Assembly (NCBI GenBank): GCA_013362805.1
Contig: JABFVL010000004.1
Coordinates: 74,034 to 138,033, forward strand
Direction: 5' to 3'
DNA: 64,000 nt
DNA from: Mycobacteriales bacterium
GTDB taxonomy: Bacteria > Actinomycetota > Actinomycetes > Mycobacteriales > QHCE01
A program made the position numbers and the translations under genes. The notes beneath the pieces are model-generated. The model made no database searches. It saw only the letters and a program-made list of their open reading frames with translations, and had not been told where the DNA came from. The stretch's first letter is position 1, and each line of letters starts with the position of its first letter. Positions 26,479 to 36,995 of this stretch are shown in pieces.

Positions 26479-27549
26479 CTACCCATCGGTAGCTCTATAT
26501 TGAGTATCCATAAGAGTCAGTTCTTTTTGTAGACGACTCGGCCACCATGGGCCCCCGTAAATCAATCCCGTGTACGCCTGAATCAGGGTCGCCCCCGCCC
26601 GGAGCCTTTCTGCCGCATCCTGAGCGTTTTCGATGCCACCAGCGGCGATCAGCACCACATCCGCGCCAGCCGCGTGTGTAGACAACCGGGCTTTGAGCCT
26701 TTTCAAAACTTCCAACGAGCGAGCTTTCAGTGGCTTACCCGACAGACCGCCCGCGCCTAGCGCGGCGACATCGTCCGCCGCGGCGCTCAAACCCTCACGA
26801 CTAATCGTGGTGTTGGTGGCGATGATGCCATCAAGTTCCAATGCGCAAGCCAAGTCAGCTACCGCGTCAATATCATCATCAGCCAAGTCTGGAGCGATCT
26901 TGACCAGCAAGGGAACCCTATTGAGCGCGCTCTCATCGAGCGTTTGTCGCACCGCCTGCAGCAATGGGCCCAAGGTTTGCACTGCCTGCAAATTGCGCAA
27001 GCCAGGCGTATTGGGCGAGCTGACGTTCACGACGACATAGTCAGCAACCTCGGCAACCGCACGCGCACTGGCACGATAGTCCTCAATCGCATCAGCTTCG
27101 GACACGACTTTGCTCTTGCCAATATTTACACCCACGATGACGCGACGGGGCTTCTCACGGAGGCGCTCAGCCGCGGCCTGTGCTCCGTTGTTGTTAAAAC
27201 CCATTCGGTTGATCAACGCACGATCATCAGAAAGCCGAAAGAGCCGAGGCTTGTCGTTGCCCGGTTGCGGCAGTGCCGTGACGGTCCCGACCTCGATAAA
27301 TGAAAAACCCAACGCGGCCAGAGCTTCGGGCGCCGTCGCATTTTTGTCGAACCCGGCCGCCAAACCCAACGGGCCCGGGAACCGCAACCCCAGTGCGTGA
27401 ATCACCGGGCCCTTCGGCCCGAACTTGCGCCGCATCAACGCCGATACACCCGGCACCGCCGTCAGGACACGCAATGCCCAAAAGCTGAGGTAGTGGGCGA
27501 ACTCGGCGGGAAGACGCTTCAAGAACGCCCAGAAAACGAAGTTATACAT
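26479..27549 (-). CDS. pyrD: Dihydroorotate dehydrogenase (quinone), class 2
   Basis: Hydrophobic N-terminal extension plus motifs GLAAGFDKN, GFNNNG, VGVNIGKSK, NVSSPNTPGLR and IAAGGI. Confidence 0.92.
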   Translation of the reverse strand: MYNFVFWAFLKRLPAEFAHYLSFWALRVLTAVPGVSALMRRKFGPKGPVIHALGLRFPGPLGLAAGFDKNATAPEALAALGFSFIEVGTVTALPQPGNDKPRLFRLSDDRALINRMGFNNNGAQAAAERLREKPRRVIVGVNIGKSKVVSEADAIEDYRASARAVAEVADYVVVNVSSPNTPGLRNLQAVQTLGPLLQAVRQTLDESALNRVPLLVKIAPDLADDDIDAVADLACALELDGIIATNTTISREGLSAAADDVAALGAGGLSGKPLKARSLEVLKRLKARLSTHAAGADVVLIAAGGIENAQDAAERLRAGATLIQAYTGLIYGGPWWPSRLQKELTLMDTQYRATDG

Positions 27550-27629
27550 CGCCGCTCAGCTTATTTGACCACCAGTTTTACTCACCTCGCTGGGCGGCGC
27601 CCTCCGGTAAAAGATGGCAGGATGCACCT

Positions 27630-28214
27630 ATGGGTGAATTGTGGCTTATTCGGCATGGCGCCACCCGGTGGAGTGAGTCAGGGCAACACACCGGCCGCAC
27701 AGATCTCCCCCTCACCGAAAAAGGCATACAACAAGCCCGCGCCACCGGCGCGCTCATCGCCCAACAGCGATTCGCCACCGCACTCACCAGCCCGGCCCAA
27801 CGCACTCGCCACACCGCTGAACTCATCGGACTCGCATGGGCACAAGTAGAGCCGCTCCTATGGGAATGGGACTACGGCGGATACGAAGGCATCTCAACCC
27901 ACGACATTCGCAAAGAAAGACCCGGCTGGGACGTATGGCGGGACGGCGTCATTCCTGGCGAGACGCCCGGCGAAACCGTTGATGCCGTCGGTGCCCGGGC
28001 CGATGCCGTGATCGAAAAAGTTCAAGACACACTGCACGCCGATCAAAACGTAGCGGTCATTTCACACGGGCATATGTCCCGAATCTTCATCGCACGGTGG
28101 CTTGGGCTGCCCGCCGACGCGGGCAGCCTCTTCACCTTTGAAACCGGACACATCGCGATATGTGGATTCGAACGCGAACGCCACGTCCTGCGCGCGCTCA
28201 ACGTGGCCGGCTAA
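27630..28214 (+). CDS. Histidine phosphatase family protein (phosphoglycerate mutase-like)
   Basis: N-terminal catalytic RHG motif LWLIRHGATRWSESGQHTGRTDLPLTEKG and a distal H (ISHGHM). Confidence 0.8.
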   Translation: MGELWLIRHGATRWSESGQHTGRTDLPLTEKGIQQARATGALIAQQRFATALTSPAQRTRHTAELIGLAWAQVEPLLWEWDYGGYEGISTHDIRKERPGWDVWRDGVIPGETPGETVDAVGARADAVIEKVQDTLHADQNVAVISHGHMSRIFIARWLGLPADAGSLFTFETGHIAICGFERERHVLRALNVAG

Positions 28215-29407
28215 CCCTGCAACGTTTCGGCCAGCATCGCGATCGCGTGATCAAGTTCCTGCTCCGTGATTGTCAACGGCGGAGCCACTCGTACCGTGCT
28301 GCCATGTGTGTCCTTGGCGAGCACTCCCTTACCCATCCAGGTCATACATACCTCGCGCCCGGTGGGCATTCCTGGCGCCAACTCAATCCCAGCCCACAGA
28401 CCCCGACTACGCACTTCTTTCACGTGCGCACCATCGAGCGACTCCAACCGCAAGCGCAGATGCGCACCCAACTCACTGGCCCGCTGCTGCCATTCACCAG
28501 TGCGGAGCATCGCCACGACCTCGCGGGCTACAGCACATGACAGGGGGTTTCCCCCGAAGGTACTGCCGTGTTGATTCGGACCAAATACATCCATCACTGC
28601 CCTCGTCGAGACCACCGCCGAAACGGGCATTATGCCGCCACCCAAGGCTTTACCCAACAGATACACATCGGGCAGCACATTCTCGTGCTCACAGGCAAAG
28701 GTGGTTCCCGCACGGCCCAATCCTGATTGGATTTCATCAGCGATCATCAAGACGTTGTTCTGTGTGCAAATTTCTCGAACGCTGCGCAGCCACCCTTCCG
28801 GCGGGATGATCACACCCGCTTCACCCTGAATGGGCTCAAACAACACCGCCACCGTGTTGTCATCGATTGCGGCGCGCAAGGCTTCGACATCGCCATATGG
28901 GATGCACTCAAACCCAGGGGTATATGGGCCAAAGTGATCATGGGCGTCCGGATCTGGGGAAAAACTAATGATCGTCGTCGTGCGGCCATGGAAGTTGTCC
29001 TCAAAAACGATGATCTTGGCCTGATCCCGGGGAACTCCCTTGACTTGGTATCCCCATTTGCGGGCAAGTTTGATGCCGGTCTCCACCGCCTCGGCCCCCG
29101 TGTTCATCGGAAGCACGGACTCCAACCCGCATAGCTCCGCGAGTTCTTGACAGAACAACCCGAGTTGCGTGTTGTGAAACGCGCGGCTCGTCAACGTCAA
29201 CGTATCGAGCTGGGCCTTCGCCGCCTCAACCAACCGTGGGTGTCGATGCCCAAAGTTCAAGGCCGAATAAGCGGAGAGAAGATCAAGATACTTTTTACCT
29301 TCGGAGTCCCAAACCCACGAACCTTCCCCGCGGGTCAGGAGCACCGGCACTGGGAAGTAATTGTGTGCGCCGTACTTGTCTTCGAGCTCGATCCCGTTCA
29401 TCGCCAC
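28211..29407 (-). CDS. rocD: Ornithine--oxo-acid aminotransferase (class III PLP aminotransferase)
   Basis: KYGAHNYFPVPVLLTRGEGSWVWDSEGKKYLDLLSAYSALNFGHRHP, ADEIQSGLGRAGT and the lysine region LLGKALGGG. The sequence is close to the characterised OAT pattern. Confidence 0.8.
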   Translation of the reverse strand: MAMNGIELEDKYGAHNYFPVPVLLTRGEGSWVWDSEGKKYLDLLSAYSALNFGHRHPRLVEAAKAQLDTLTLTSRAFHNTQLGLFCQELAELCGLESVLPMNTGAEAVETGIKLARKWGYQVKGVPRDQAKIIVFEDNFHGRTTTIISFSPDPDAHDHFGPYTPGFECIPYGDVEALRAAIDDNTVAVLFEPIQGEAGVIIPPEGWLRSVREICTQNNVLMIADEIQSGLGRAGTTFACEHENVLPDVYLLGKALGGGIMPVSAVVSTRAVMDVFGPNQHGSTFGGNPLSCAVAREVVAMLRTGEWQQRASELGAHLRLRLESLDGAHVKEVRSRGLWAGIELAPGMPTGREVCMTWMGKGVLAKDTHGSTVRVAPPLTITEQELDHAIAMLAETLQG

Positions 29408-29605
29408 CCCCAGAGGTTATTTACAGTGTGTGGCGAGAATACGGCCAACGGTTGGCATTAGGACATCACAAAGACATTTCGTATCCACACTGCGGCCAAT
29501 CACGAACCGAACTTCAAATACCGGCCCCCGTTGCCGTCGCCAACCCAACGGAAAGTTGAATGGAACCGGGCGCGCACCCCACCAGAACACACCGAGGAAC
29601 CAAAA

Positions 29606-30640
29606 ATGACCATAGTGATGGGGATTGAAACTTCCTGCGACGAAACCGGCGTAGGTCTGGTTCAGGATGGAAAACTACTGGGAGACGCGCTCGCTTCTTC
29701 GATGGCAGAACACGCGATCTTTGGCGGCGTAGTACCAGAAATCGCGGCTCGCGCGCATCTACAGGCCATCGTGCCCTGCGTTCAACAAGCCCTCCACAAG
29801 GCAGACCTAGACCTTCGTGACGTCGGCGCTATCGCCGTCACTACCGGACCTGGGCTCGCCTCGTCACTACAAATTGGGATGGCCGCCGCCAAGGCTTACG
29901 CGGTCACGCTCGGAGTGCCGCTGTTCGCCGTGCATCACCTGGCCGGGCATGCCGCCGCGGACACCCTCGCTCATGGCCCCCTGCCCGCCCAATGCGTTGC
30001 GCTCATCGTGTCTGGTGGGCACACCTCGCTCCTCACCCTGCGCGACCTCGCGGTAGATCGCATCAACCACATCGGCGACACCCGAGACGATGCCGCGGGC
30101 GAGGCCTTCGACAAGGTGGCTCGGATTTTGGGCTTGCCCTATCCGGGCGGACCCAGCATCGACGCCGCCGCGGCGAAAGGAGACCCACACGCATTCAAAT
30201 TCCCACGGGCACTCACCGGCCCAGGCCAGCCAAAATATGCGTTCTCGTTTTCCGGACTGAAAACCGCTGTCGCGCGCACCGTAGAAAAAATGCAGCTCAA
30301 GGGGCAGCCGGTTCCAGTAGAGGACATCGCCGCGTCCTTTCAAGAAGCAGTGGCCGACGTTCTCACCAGTAAAGCCATCCTCGCTTGTCAGGAATATGGC
30401 GCGGCCGAACTCATCGTGGTGGGTGGAGTGGCAGCGAACAGCAGAGTCCGCGCTTTGGCCCAAGAGCGCTGCGATGCCGTTGGAGTAGAGCTGCGTGTGC
30501 CGCCCATCCGGCTGTGCACCGACAACGGCGCCATGATCGCCGCCGTGGGCGATCTACTCGTCCGCGCTGGAGCCAAGCCAGCCTCCTTGAACATCAGCAC
30601 CACGCCCTCAGTACAGCTGGAATACGCCTCGCTGGCATAA
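29606..30640 (+). CDS. tsaD: tRNA N6-adenosine threonylcarbamoyltransferase
   Basis: ATG at 29606 gives [19 protein letters not shown]. Also the metal-binding HHLAGH motif and the C-terminal CTDNGAMIA motif. Confidence 0.92.
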   Translation: MTIVMGIETSCDETGVGLVQDGKLLGDALASSMAEHAIFGGVVPEIAARAHLQAIVPCVQQALHKADLDLRDVGAIAVTTGPGLASSLQIGMAAAKAYAVTLGVPLFAVHHLAGHAAADTLAHGPLPAQCVALIVSGGHTSLLTLRDLAVDRINHIGDTRDDAAGEAFDKVARILGLPYPGGPSIDAAAAKGDPHAFKFPRALTGPGQPKYAFSFSGLKTAVARTVEKMQLKGQPVPVEDIAASFQEAVADVLTSKAILACQEYGAAELIVVGGVAANSRVRALAQERCDAVGVELRVPPIRLCTDNGAMIAAVGDLLVRAGAKPASLNISTTPSVQLEYASLA

Positions 30641-30706
30641 CGAGCAGCCGGTTTAACCGGAATACACCTCCCACAGTGTTACGGTCGAAGCGGGAGGACA
30701 GCTGTT

Positions 30707-31573
30707 ATGCACAGGTTCCGTAATGGCTTGAAAACTGCGGTGCTGCTCGCCGCCCTAAGCGCTCTGATCATCCTCATCGGCGGTGTCATCGGCGGCCGGA
30801 CTGGGATTTTGATCGCCACCGTGATCGCCTTGTTGATGAATGGCGTGTCGTATTTCTTCTCCGACAAACTGGCGCTGCGCTCCATGAAGGCCTATCCGGT
30901 GACCCAACAGGAGCAGCCAGAGCTATACGCAATGGTGCACGACCTTGCCGTCAAAGCCCAGCAGCCCATGCCTCGCCTCTATCTCAGCCCCACGAACGCC
31001 CCCAACGCCTTCGCGACCGGGCGAAATCCGCGCAACGCCGCCGTGTGTTGCACAGAGGGCATCATGCGTCTACTCACGCCGCGCGAATTGCGTGGGGTGA
31101 TCGGCCACGAATTGTCACACGTTTACAACCGCGACATTCTTATCTCCTCCGTCGCTGCGGGCCTGGCCACCATCATCACCATGCTGGCGAATCTCGCGTT
31201 TTTTCTTCCGAGCGGAAACGGGGACAACCGATCAAACCCACTAGTGGCGATGTTGATGATTTTCCTCGGACCATTGGCCGCTGGCGTCATTCAAATGGCG
31301 ATTAGCCGGGCACGTGAATACCAAGCCGATGCTTCTGGCGCGGAACTCACCGATGATCCATTGGCGCTAGCTAACGCTTTGGCAAAAATTGATGGCGGGG
31401 CGAAGGCGCTTCCACTGCCGCAAACGCCACGGCTGCAAACAACAAGCTCTTTGATGATTGCCAACCCCTTTTCCGCAGGTGGCATCGCATCATTGTTCAG
31501 TACTCACCCACCGATGGCACAACGTATAGAGCGCCTTCAGCAGATGGCTCGTGAACGCGGATTCAATGCTTAA
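30707..31573 (+). CDS. htpX: Zinc metalloprotease HtpX (peptidase M48)
   Basis: Four TM helices, the HELSHV zinc motif and the distal EYQAD glutamate. GGGAGG RBS lies upstream. Confidence 0.9.
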   Translation: MHRFRNGLKTAVLLAALSALIILIGGVIGGRTGILIATVIALLMNGVSYFFSDKLALRSMKAYPVTQQEQPELYAMVHDLAVKAQQPMPRLYLSPTNAPNAFATGRNPRNAAVCCTEGIMRLLTPRELRGVIGHELSHVYNRDILISSVAAGLATIITMLANLAFFLPSGNGDNRSNPLVAMLMIFLGPLAAGVIQMAISRAREYQADASGAELTDDPLALANALAKIDGGAKALPLPQTPRLQTTSSLMIANPFSAGGIASLFSTHPPMAQRIERLQQMARERGFNA

Positions 31574-31635
31574 GATCTGATCGCTTAGGACACTCCAAGC
31601 ACGACGATGTGCAATAGTGCTCAGCGGGAGGCACC

Positions 31636-32820
31636 GTGCTGGGCCACTATCGAATTTTGTTAAGAACGCGGCACGCCGTACCGACAGTGTTCGGCGCGGC
31701 CATTGCCCGTTATCCCTCGGCGATGATGCCGCTCGCTTTGCTCTTATCGAGCGCCGCGCAGCTTGATTCCTTAGCGCTTGGCGGGTTTACCGCTGCGGCC
31801 CATGGTTTAGCCACCGCTGTGGTCGCACCAGTTTGGGGTCGCTGGGCGGATCGGGTGGGGGCACGACCGATGTTGCTCACCACGGGGCTCGGATATCCGG
31901 TGGCGGTAGTCGCCGTCGTGACGTGCTTCGCTTGGAAGGCTCCACTGTTTGTGCTCTTCGCCGCCGTGATCGCGGCGGGGGCGTGTGTGCCAGCCGCGGC
32001 CTCGGCAGTGCGTGGGTCGTGGCGTCAGATAGATGACCTGGCGGTGCGGCAAGCTTTGTTTTCCGCCGATTCGGCAGCGGTCAGCATCGTCTTCATTTCT
32101 GGTCCCGCACTGGTGGCGGTGGCTGTTGCCCTGTCTTCACCGGCAGCGGCGATGTTGTTGGCGGCGTTGGGCGCTAGCGTGGGCGCTTTGTTAGTGGCCA
32201 GCTACGCACGGCTTCATCCCGCCGTGAGTGAGCCTCGGCGCACCATAAGCACTGCCTTGGGGTTTTTGTTCGCCACCGTGTGGGGCATGGGTTTGGGGTT
32301 CGGCATCTTGGATGTAGCTGTCACTGGATTTGTTGGTGGCGGCGCGCTGGCTGGCATCTTGCTCGCGATTTGGGCGTGCGCGAGCGCGGTTGGAGGTCTG
32401 TGGTTTGGGGTAATCGCGCCGAAAGCACCGATGAGTGTGCAATATCGATGGGCGCTGTTAGCGATGGCATTGGGTCACCTCCCGCTCATATTGGCGGCGA
32501 AGCCCAGCACAATGGCTATGTTGTTACTCTTCGCTGGCCTGACAGTCGCGCCCACATTCGCAACCCAGGCCATGTATGCCGCGGAGCTGGCTCCGCCGGG
32601 TGGCGCGACGGAAACCTTCACTTGGCTCGGCACGATGGGCTACCTGGGCATGGCGTGCGGTGCGGCTTTGGGCGGAGTGTTGGTTGAGTGGCGTGGGCCC
32701 GATGCGGCGTTCCTCATTGGTGCGGCCGGCCCCGGGGTGGGTTTTCTCGTGGTAACGATCGTGCAGTGGCTCTATTTTCGACTCATCACGCCAGTGGCAC
32801 GTCGACGCACTCTCGCATAG
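31636..32820 (+). CDS. MFS transporter
   Basis: 394 aa with about 12 hydrophobic helices and an MFS motif-A-like WGRWADRVGARPML. GTG start after GGGAGG. Confidence 0.7.
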   Translation: MLGHYRILLRTRHAVPTVFGAAIARYPSAMMPLALLLSSAAQLDSLALGGFTAAAHGLATAVVAPVWGRWADRVGARPMLLTTGLGYPVAVVAVVTCFAWKAPLFVLFAAVIAAGACVPAAASAVRGSWRQIDDLAVRQALFSADSAAVSIVFISGPALVAVAVALSSPAAAMLLAALGASVGALLVASYARLHPAVSEPRRTISTALGFLFATVWGMGLGFGILDVAVTGFVGGGALAGILLAIWACASAVGGLWFGVIAPKAPMSVQYRWALLAMALGHLPLILAAKPSTMAMLLLFAGLTVAPTFATQAMYAAELAPPGGATETFTWLGTMGYLGMACGAALGGVLVEWRGPDAAFLIGAAGPGVGFLVVTIVQWLYFRLITPVARRRTLA

Positions 32821-32882
32821 GGAATATCAAGTACGAATCGTGCCTTAGCGTATTTGCTCATACTCAACGGAAGGTGCGCAAT

Positions 32883-33677
32883 ATGCGTGTTGATTTGTCG
32901 GACAAAACCGCACTCGTCACCGGCTCCACCGCCGGTATTGGCTTGGCAACCGCATATGGATTGGCACAAGCCGGAGCCACGGTGGTGCTCAATGGCCGCG
33001 ACACAACTCGCCTAGAAGCCGCCGCGAAAAGCATCGAAGCCACGGTTCCCAATGCGAAACTTCGACTCGTTGCCGCGGATGTGTCCACCGCAACCGGTGC
33101 TCAAGAACTCATACGAGCCCAACACGACGTAGATATCCTGGTCAACAACACCGGCATATTCTCAGCCACACCGGTTCTAGATATCTCCGATGAGGAATGG
33201 GACCGCTTCTTTCAAGTGAACGTACTTTCGGGCATTCGGCTGGCCCGTCACTACTTGCCTGGGATGCGAGATCGCGCCTGGGGCCGCGTCGTGTTCATCA
33301 GCAGCGAATCCGCTGTCATGGTGCCCACCGAAATGGTGCATTACGGCATGACGAAAACCGCGCAACTCGCGGTGTCACGTGGTCTCGCCCAAGAGATGGC
33401 GGGCACCGGCGTGACCGTCAACTCGGTGCTGCCGGGCCCCACGCGCACCGAAGGCGTGGAGGCGTTTGTGCGCGATCGCATTGGAGATGACATCCCGTTC
33501 GAGGAAGCGGAGCGACGTTTCATCGCCGAAGAACGATCGACCTCGCTGCTTGGTCGTCTGATCCGCCCGGAAGAAATCGCGAACCTGGTGGTGTACACCT
33601 GCTCGCCGCTAGCATCAGCCACCACCGGCGCCGCACTACGAGTCGACGGTGGCGTCGCGCCCACTTTGATCCCGTAA
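32883..33677 (+). CDS. Short-chain dehydrogenase/reductase (SDR)
   Basis: ATG at 32883 (MRVDLSDKTALVTGSTAGIGLA) has the TGxxxGxG cofactor motif. Also NNTG and the catalytic YxxxK (HYGMTKTA). The upstream part of track ORF 32688-33677 overlaps the MFS gene. Confidence 0.85.
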   Translation: MRVDLSDKTALVTGSTAGIGLATAYGLAQAGATVVLNGRDTTRLEAAAKSIEATVPNAKLRLVAADVSTATGAQELIRAQHDVDILVNNTGIFSATPVLDISDEEWDRFFQVNVLSGIRLARHYLPGMRDRAWGRVVFISSESAVMVPTEMVHYGMTKTAQLAVSRGLAQEMAGTGVTVNSVLPGPTRTEGVEAFVRDRIGDDIPFEEAERRFIAEERSTSLLGRLIRPEEIANLVVYTCSPLASATTGAALRVDGGVAPTLIP

Positions 33678-33684
33678 ATATTGC

Positions 33685-34500
33685 TCAGCCGAGCGGCTGC
33701 CAGTCGAACACAGCTGTGACCGGGGCATGATCGCTCCATCGTTCAGCATGGCTGGCGGCCCGCTCCACATATGCCTTCACCGCACTCGCCGCCAGATTGG
33801 GTGTTGCCGCGAGCAGGTCAATCCGCCAGCCAGCATCATTGTCGAAGGCTCGGCCACGGTAGGACCACCAGGAGTAAGGTCCATGCATATTGGGGTGCAG
33901 GTCACGCACAACATCTCGATAGCCCCCGACTTCGCCGAACAGGTTCGACATCCACGCGCGTTCTTCGGGCAAAAAGCCAGCCGATTTCCGGTTGGCTTTC
34001 CAGTTTTTCAAGTCGATTTCTTGATGCGCGATGTTCCAATCTCCGCACACAATTGCGGCGCGGTGCTCTGCCGCCGCACGCTCCCGCAGACTCACCAAAT
34101 AGGGCAAAAACTCGGCCATGAATCGTTCTTTTTCTTCCTGACGCGGAGTATCCACCTCCCCAGATGGCAAGTACAGACTTCCGACACTCAGGCCATCGGC
34201 CAGCTCAAGTTCCAGGTAACGACCGCTGGTGTCAAATTCAGCGGAGCCAAAGCCGATCTGCACTCGGGTGGGTTCGTGACGGCTGTAGATGGCCACTCCC
34301 GCTCGCCCTTTCGCCATGGCGGGCGCATACGAGGTATGCCAGCCGGGCAGTTCACGCAGCTCTGGTGGCAGTTGATCTTGTTCAGCCCGAACTTCCTGCA
34401 GGCACACCACATCGGCATCAGTGCGAGCGAGCCACGAGGTGAAACCCTTTTTAGCCGCCGCCCGAATGCCATTTACGTTCACGGTCGTCACAGTGAGCAT
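33685..34500 (-). CDS. xthA: Exodeoxyribonuclease III (AP endonuclease)
   Basis: MLTVTTVNVNGIRAA, VCLQEVR, GDWNIAH and the C-terminal SDHAPV motif. Confidence 0.9.
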   Translation of the reverse strand: MLTVTTVNVNGIRAAAKKGFTSWLARTDADVVCLQEVRAEQDQLPPELRELPGWHTSYAPAMAKGRAGVAIYSRHEPTRVQIGFGSAEFDTSGRYLELELADGLSVGSLYLPSGEVDTPRQEEKERFMAEFLPYLVSLRERAAAEHRAAIVCGDWNIAHQEIDLKNWKANRKSAGFLPEERAWMSNLFGEVGGYRDVVRDLHPNMHGPYSWWSYRGRAFDNDAGWRIDLLAATPNLAASAVKAYVERAASHAERWSDHAPVTAVFDWQPLG

Positions 34501-34547
34501 TTATGCACCATAACTAGTGTGACGGCGGCATCGTGCGTCGGTAGCGA

Positions 34548-35183
34548 CTAGTTTTGTTTTTCATCACGTAGCGCGGCGAGCTGCTGCGCGAAGGGAACCA
34601 CCGTTTCTTTGGTTCTTTCATGAACGGGCTTGCCTTTGAGTAGCTCAGCGAATTCACCGGCGGCGCGTGCGATGCGACGCGCAAGGCCTTGGGTTTGCGC
34701 ATCGCCTTCGCCCCAGTCTTCCGGCGCGGCGAAGACCGCGGTGGGGACGACCATCGCGTGCAAGTAGCTAAAGAGTGGGCGAATAGCGTGTTCTAGCGCT
34801 AGGGAATGGCGAGCGGTTCCGCCGGTGGCGCTGATCAGGACTGGCTTACCCGCAAGCAACGTCTCATCGGCCGTGTCAAAGAACAGCACGTCAAAGAACG
34901 ATTTGAACAATCCGCTGTAGGACGCGTTGAACACGGGCGTGACCGCGATGATTCCGTCTGCCGCAAGAGTCGCCTCGATTGTGTCGCGCAGTGCGGCGCT
35001 TGGAAAGCTGGTGACCATGTTGTGCGCGATATCGCTGGCGAGTTCGCGCAGTTCTACGATGCGCACCTCGACCGACTGGTCGAGGTGGCGACGGGTCGCG
35101 CTGGTGAGTCGGTCGGCGAGTAGCCGCGTCGAGGAGGGCTGGCTCAGCCCTGCGGAGATCACCACGAGTTTCAGGGGCTCCAT
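34548..35183 (-). CDS. NAD(P)H-dependent FMN reductase
   Basis: Flavodoxin-like N-terminus LVVISAGLSQPSSTRLLA and TPVFNASYSGLFKSFFD. It is paired with the upstream luciferase-like monooxygenase. Confidence 0.75.
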   Translation of the reverse strand: MEPLKLVVISAGLSQPSSTRLLADRLTSATRRHLDQSVEVRIVELRELASDIAHNMVTSFPSAALRDTIEATLAADGIIAVTPVFNASYSGLFKSFFDVLFFDTADETLLAGKPVLISATGGTARHSLALEHAIRPLFSYLHAMVVPTAVFAAPEDWGEGDAQTQGLARRIARAAGEFAELLKGKPVHERTKETVVPFAQQLAALRDEKQN

Positions 35184-35195
35184 TGGTCGATCTCC

Positions 35196-36281
35196 TTATT
35201 TCGCGTTAGTCAGCTGCGTGTTGACGAGCTGAGCGTGGGTGGGCGCGTCCGGCACATCAGCGGGGCGGTTCTTGGCGAACTCTTTCCGCAGCACTGGCAC
35301 GACCTGTTCACCGAGCAGATCCATTTGTTCCAGGACTACTTTAAGTGGCAGCCCCGCATGGTCCATAAGGAAAAGTTGGCGCTGGTAGTGACCGAAGGAC
35401 TCGGCGAATGTAAGGGTTTTGTCGATGACTTCTTGCGGGCTTCCCACGGTCAAGGGCGTTTCTGCCGTGAATTCTTCGAGCGAGGGCCCATGCCCGTAGA
35501 CGGGCGCGTTGTCGAAGTAGGGCCGGAATTCACGGACGGCGTCTTGCGAGTTTTTGCGCATGAAAACTTGCCCACCTAGCCCCACTATTGCTTGTTCGGG
35601 TGTGCCGTGTCCGTAGTGCGCGTAGCGCTCGCGATACAGGTTTATGAGTGCGACAAAGTGTTCGCGGGGCCAGAAGATGTTGTTGGCGAAGAACCCGTCT
35701 CCGTAGTAGGCGGCTTGCTCAGCGATTTCTGGGCTACGAATTGAACCGTGCCACACGAAGGGTGGTACACCATCCAGCGGGCGTGGCGTAGAGGTGAAGC
35801 TTTGCAGCGGCGTGCGGAACTTACCCTTCCAGTCGACGATGTCTTCGCGCCACAGTTTGTGCAGTAGGGCGTAATTCTCGATGGCCAACGGGATTCCATT
35901 GCGAATGTCCTGCCCGAACCATGGATATACGGGCCCGGTGTTACCGCGCCCAAGCATCAGGTCTACTCGCCCATCTGCGAGGTGTTGCAGCATCGCGTAG
36001 TCTTCGGCGATTTTGACGGGGTCGTTTGTAGTGATCAGGGTGGTCGAGGTGGACAGCAGGAGGGTTTTGGTGCGCGCGGCGATGTAGCCGAGCATGGTGG
36101 TGGGCGATGAGGGCACGAATGGCGGGTTGTGGTGTTCGCCAGTGGCAAACACATCTAGGCCTACTTCTTCGGCTTTGAGGGCGAGGGTGACCATCGCTTT
36201 GATGCGTTCCGCTTCGGTGGGCTCAGTGCCGTTCGTTGGGTCAGGAGTGACGTCACCGACCGTGAATATTCCGAAATGCAT
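35196..36281 (-). CDS. Luciferase-like (LLM class) flavin-dependent oxidoreductase
   Basis: MHFGIFTVGD... and GEHHNPPF, with TIM-barrel LLM family blocks. ATG at 36279-36281 is preferred over the ORF start at 36290. Confidence 0.8.
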   Translation of the reverse strand: MHFGIFTVGDVTPDPTNGTEPTEAERIKAMVTLALKAEEVGLDVFATGEHHNPPFVPSSPTTMLGYIAARTKTLLLSTSTTLITTNDPVKIAEDYAMLQHLADGRVDLMLGRGNTGPVYPWFGQDIRNGIPLAIENYALLHKLWREDIVDWKGKFRTPLQSFTSTPRPLDGVPPFVWHGSIRSPEIAEQAAYYGDGFFANNIFWPREHFVALINLYRERYAHYGHGTPEQAIVGLGGQVFMRKNSQDAVREFRPYFDNAPVYGHGPSLEEFTAETPLTVGSPQEVIDKTLTFAESFGHYQRQLFLMDHAGLPLKVVLEQMDLLGEQVVPVLRKEFAKNRPADVPDAPTHAQLVNTQLTNAK

Positions 36282-36341
36282 TGCGCCCACCTTCCAGTAG
36301 TTAATTTTTCAACTACTTTGCCAACCGCTTCTCGCTTCCCA

Positions 36342-36917
36342 CTATTCCCCATCCACCAAAAAGCGCATCGCCGCAGCTAGATCAGCTGCGGTTGGCGCCG
36401 TTTCTGGGCTAATTATCCGTTGCGCCACCACGCCCATTAGTAGCGCTTGGTGAAAACCACCCACAATCCGAACCGTTTCATCCTCGCTATCGGCCAAGCG
36501 CTGAAACATCTTCCCGATTTCTCGCTGCGCGATGGGCTGAACCGCAACAATCGCCTCACGAAGCTCGGGATCGTGATCCAACTCCAGCACCATCTCCAAG
36601 TTGACGACCCATAGTTGCCGGTGTTGCTCGAACTGTTCGATCACTGTCGCCCATGCCACCTCGAATCGCTGAAAGGGGTCAGCATCTGGGGGCACGGCCC
36701 GAGTTAAGGCCGCTTCAATTTCATCGCCCCACTCCTCAATCAGCTTCATCAGCGCGAGCCTGGTGAGCGCCGCTTTCGAGCCGTAGTGATAGCCGATCGA
36801 GGCCAGGTTTGCCCCGGATGCCGCAACGATGTCCCGCGCGGTGGTGCGCACAAGCCCTTTTTCGAGCAGGCAACGTTTAGCCCCCTCAAGGAGGTCTTCC
36901 TTATGTCCCATGGCCAT
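36342..36917 (-). CDS. TetR/AcrR family transcriptional regulator
   Basis: N-terminal HTH segment TTARDIVAASGANLASIGYHYGSKAAL. It is divergent from an MFS efflux gene. Confidence 0.88.
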   Translation of the reverse strand: MAMGHKEDLLEGAKRCLLEKGLVRTTARDIVAASGANLASIGYHYGSKAALTRLALMKLIEEWGDEIEAALTRAVPPDADPFQRFEVAWATVIEQFEQHRQLWVVNLEMVLELDHDPELREAIVAVQPIAQREIGKMFQRLADSEDETVRIVGGFHQALLMGVVAQRIISPETAPTAADLAAAMRFLVDGE

Positions 36918-36995
36918 ACCTTACAACAGCATCTAAACAACTGTTTTATACAACTGTACTTGACGCTTGTTTAATACATACGTATATTTTTTCTC

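Noticed and set aside
29606-30640. tsaD sits alone rather than with tsaE/tsaB/rimI.
   Set aside because: Gene order for the t6A genes varies between lineages. Without the rest of the genome this is not informative.
33727-34551. 274-aa plus-strand ORF opposite xthA.
   Set aside because: xthA on the minus strand has clear family motifs. The plus-frame product is Arg/Ser/Gly-rich with no motifs.
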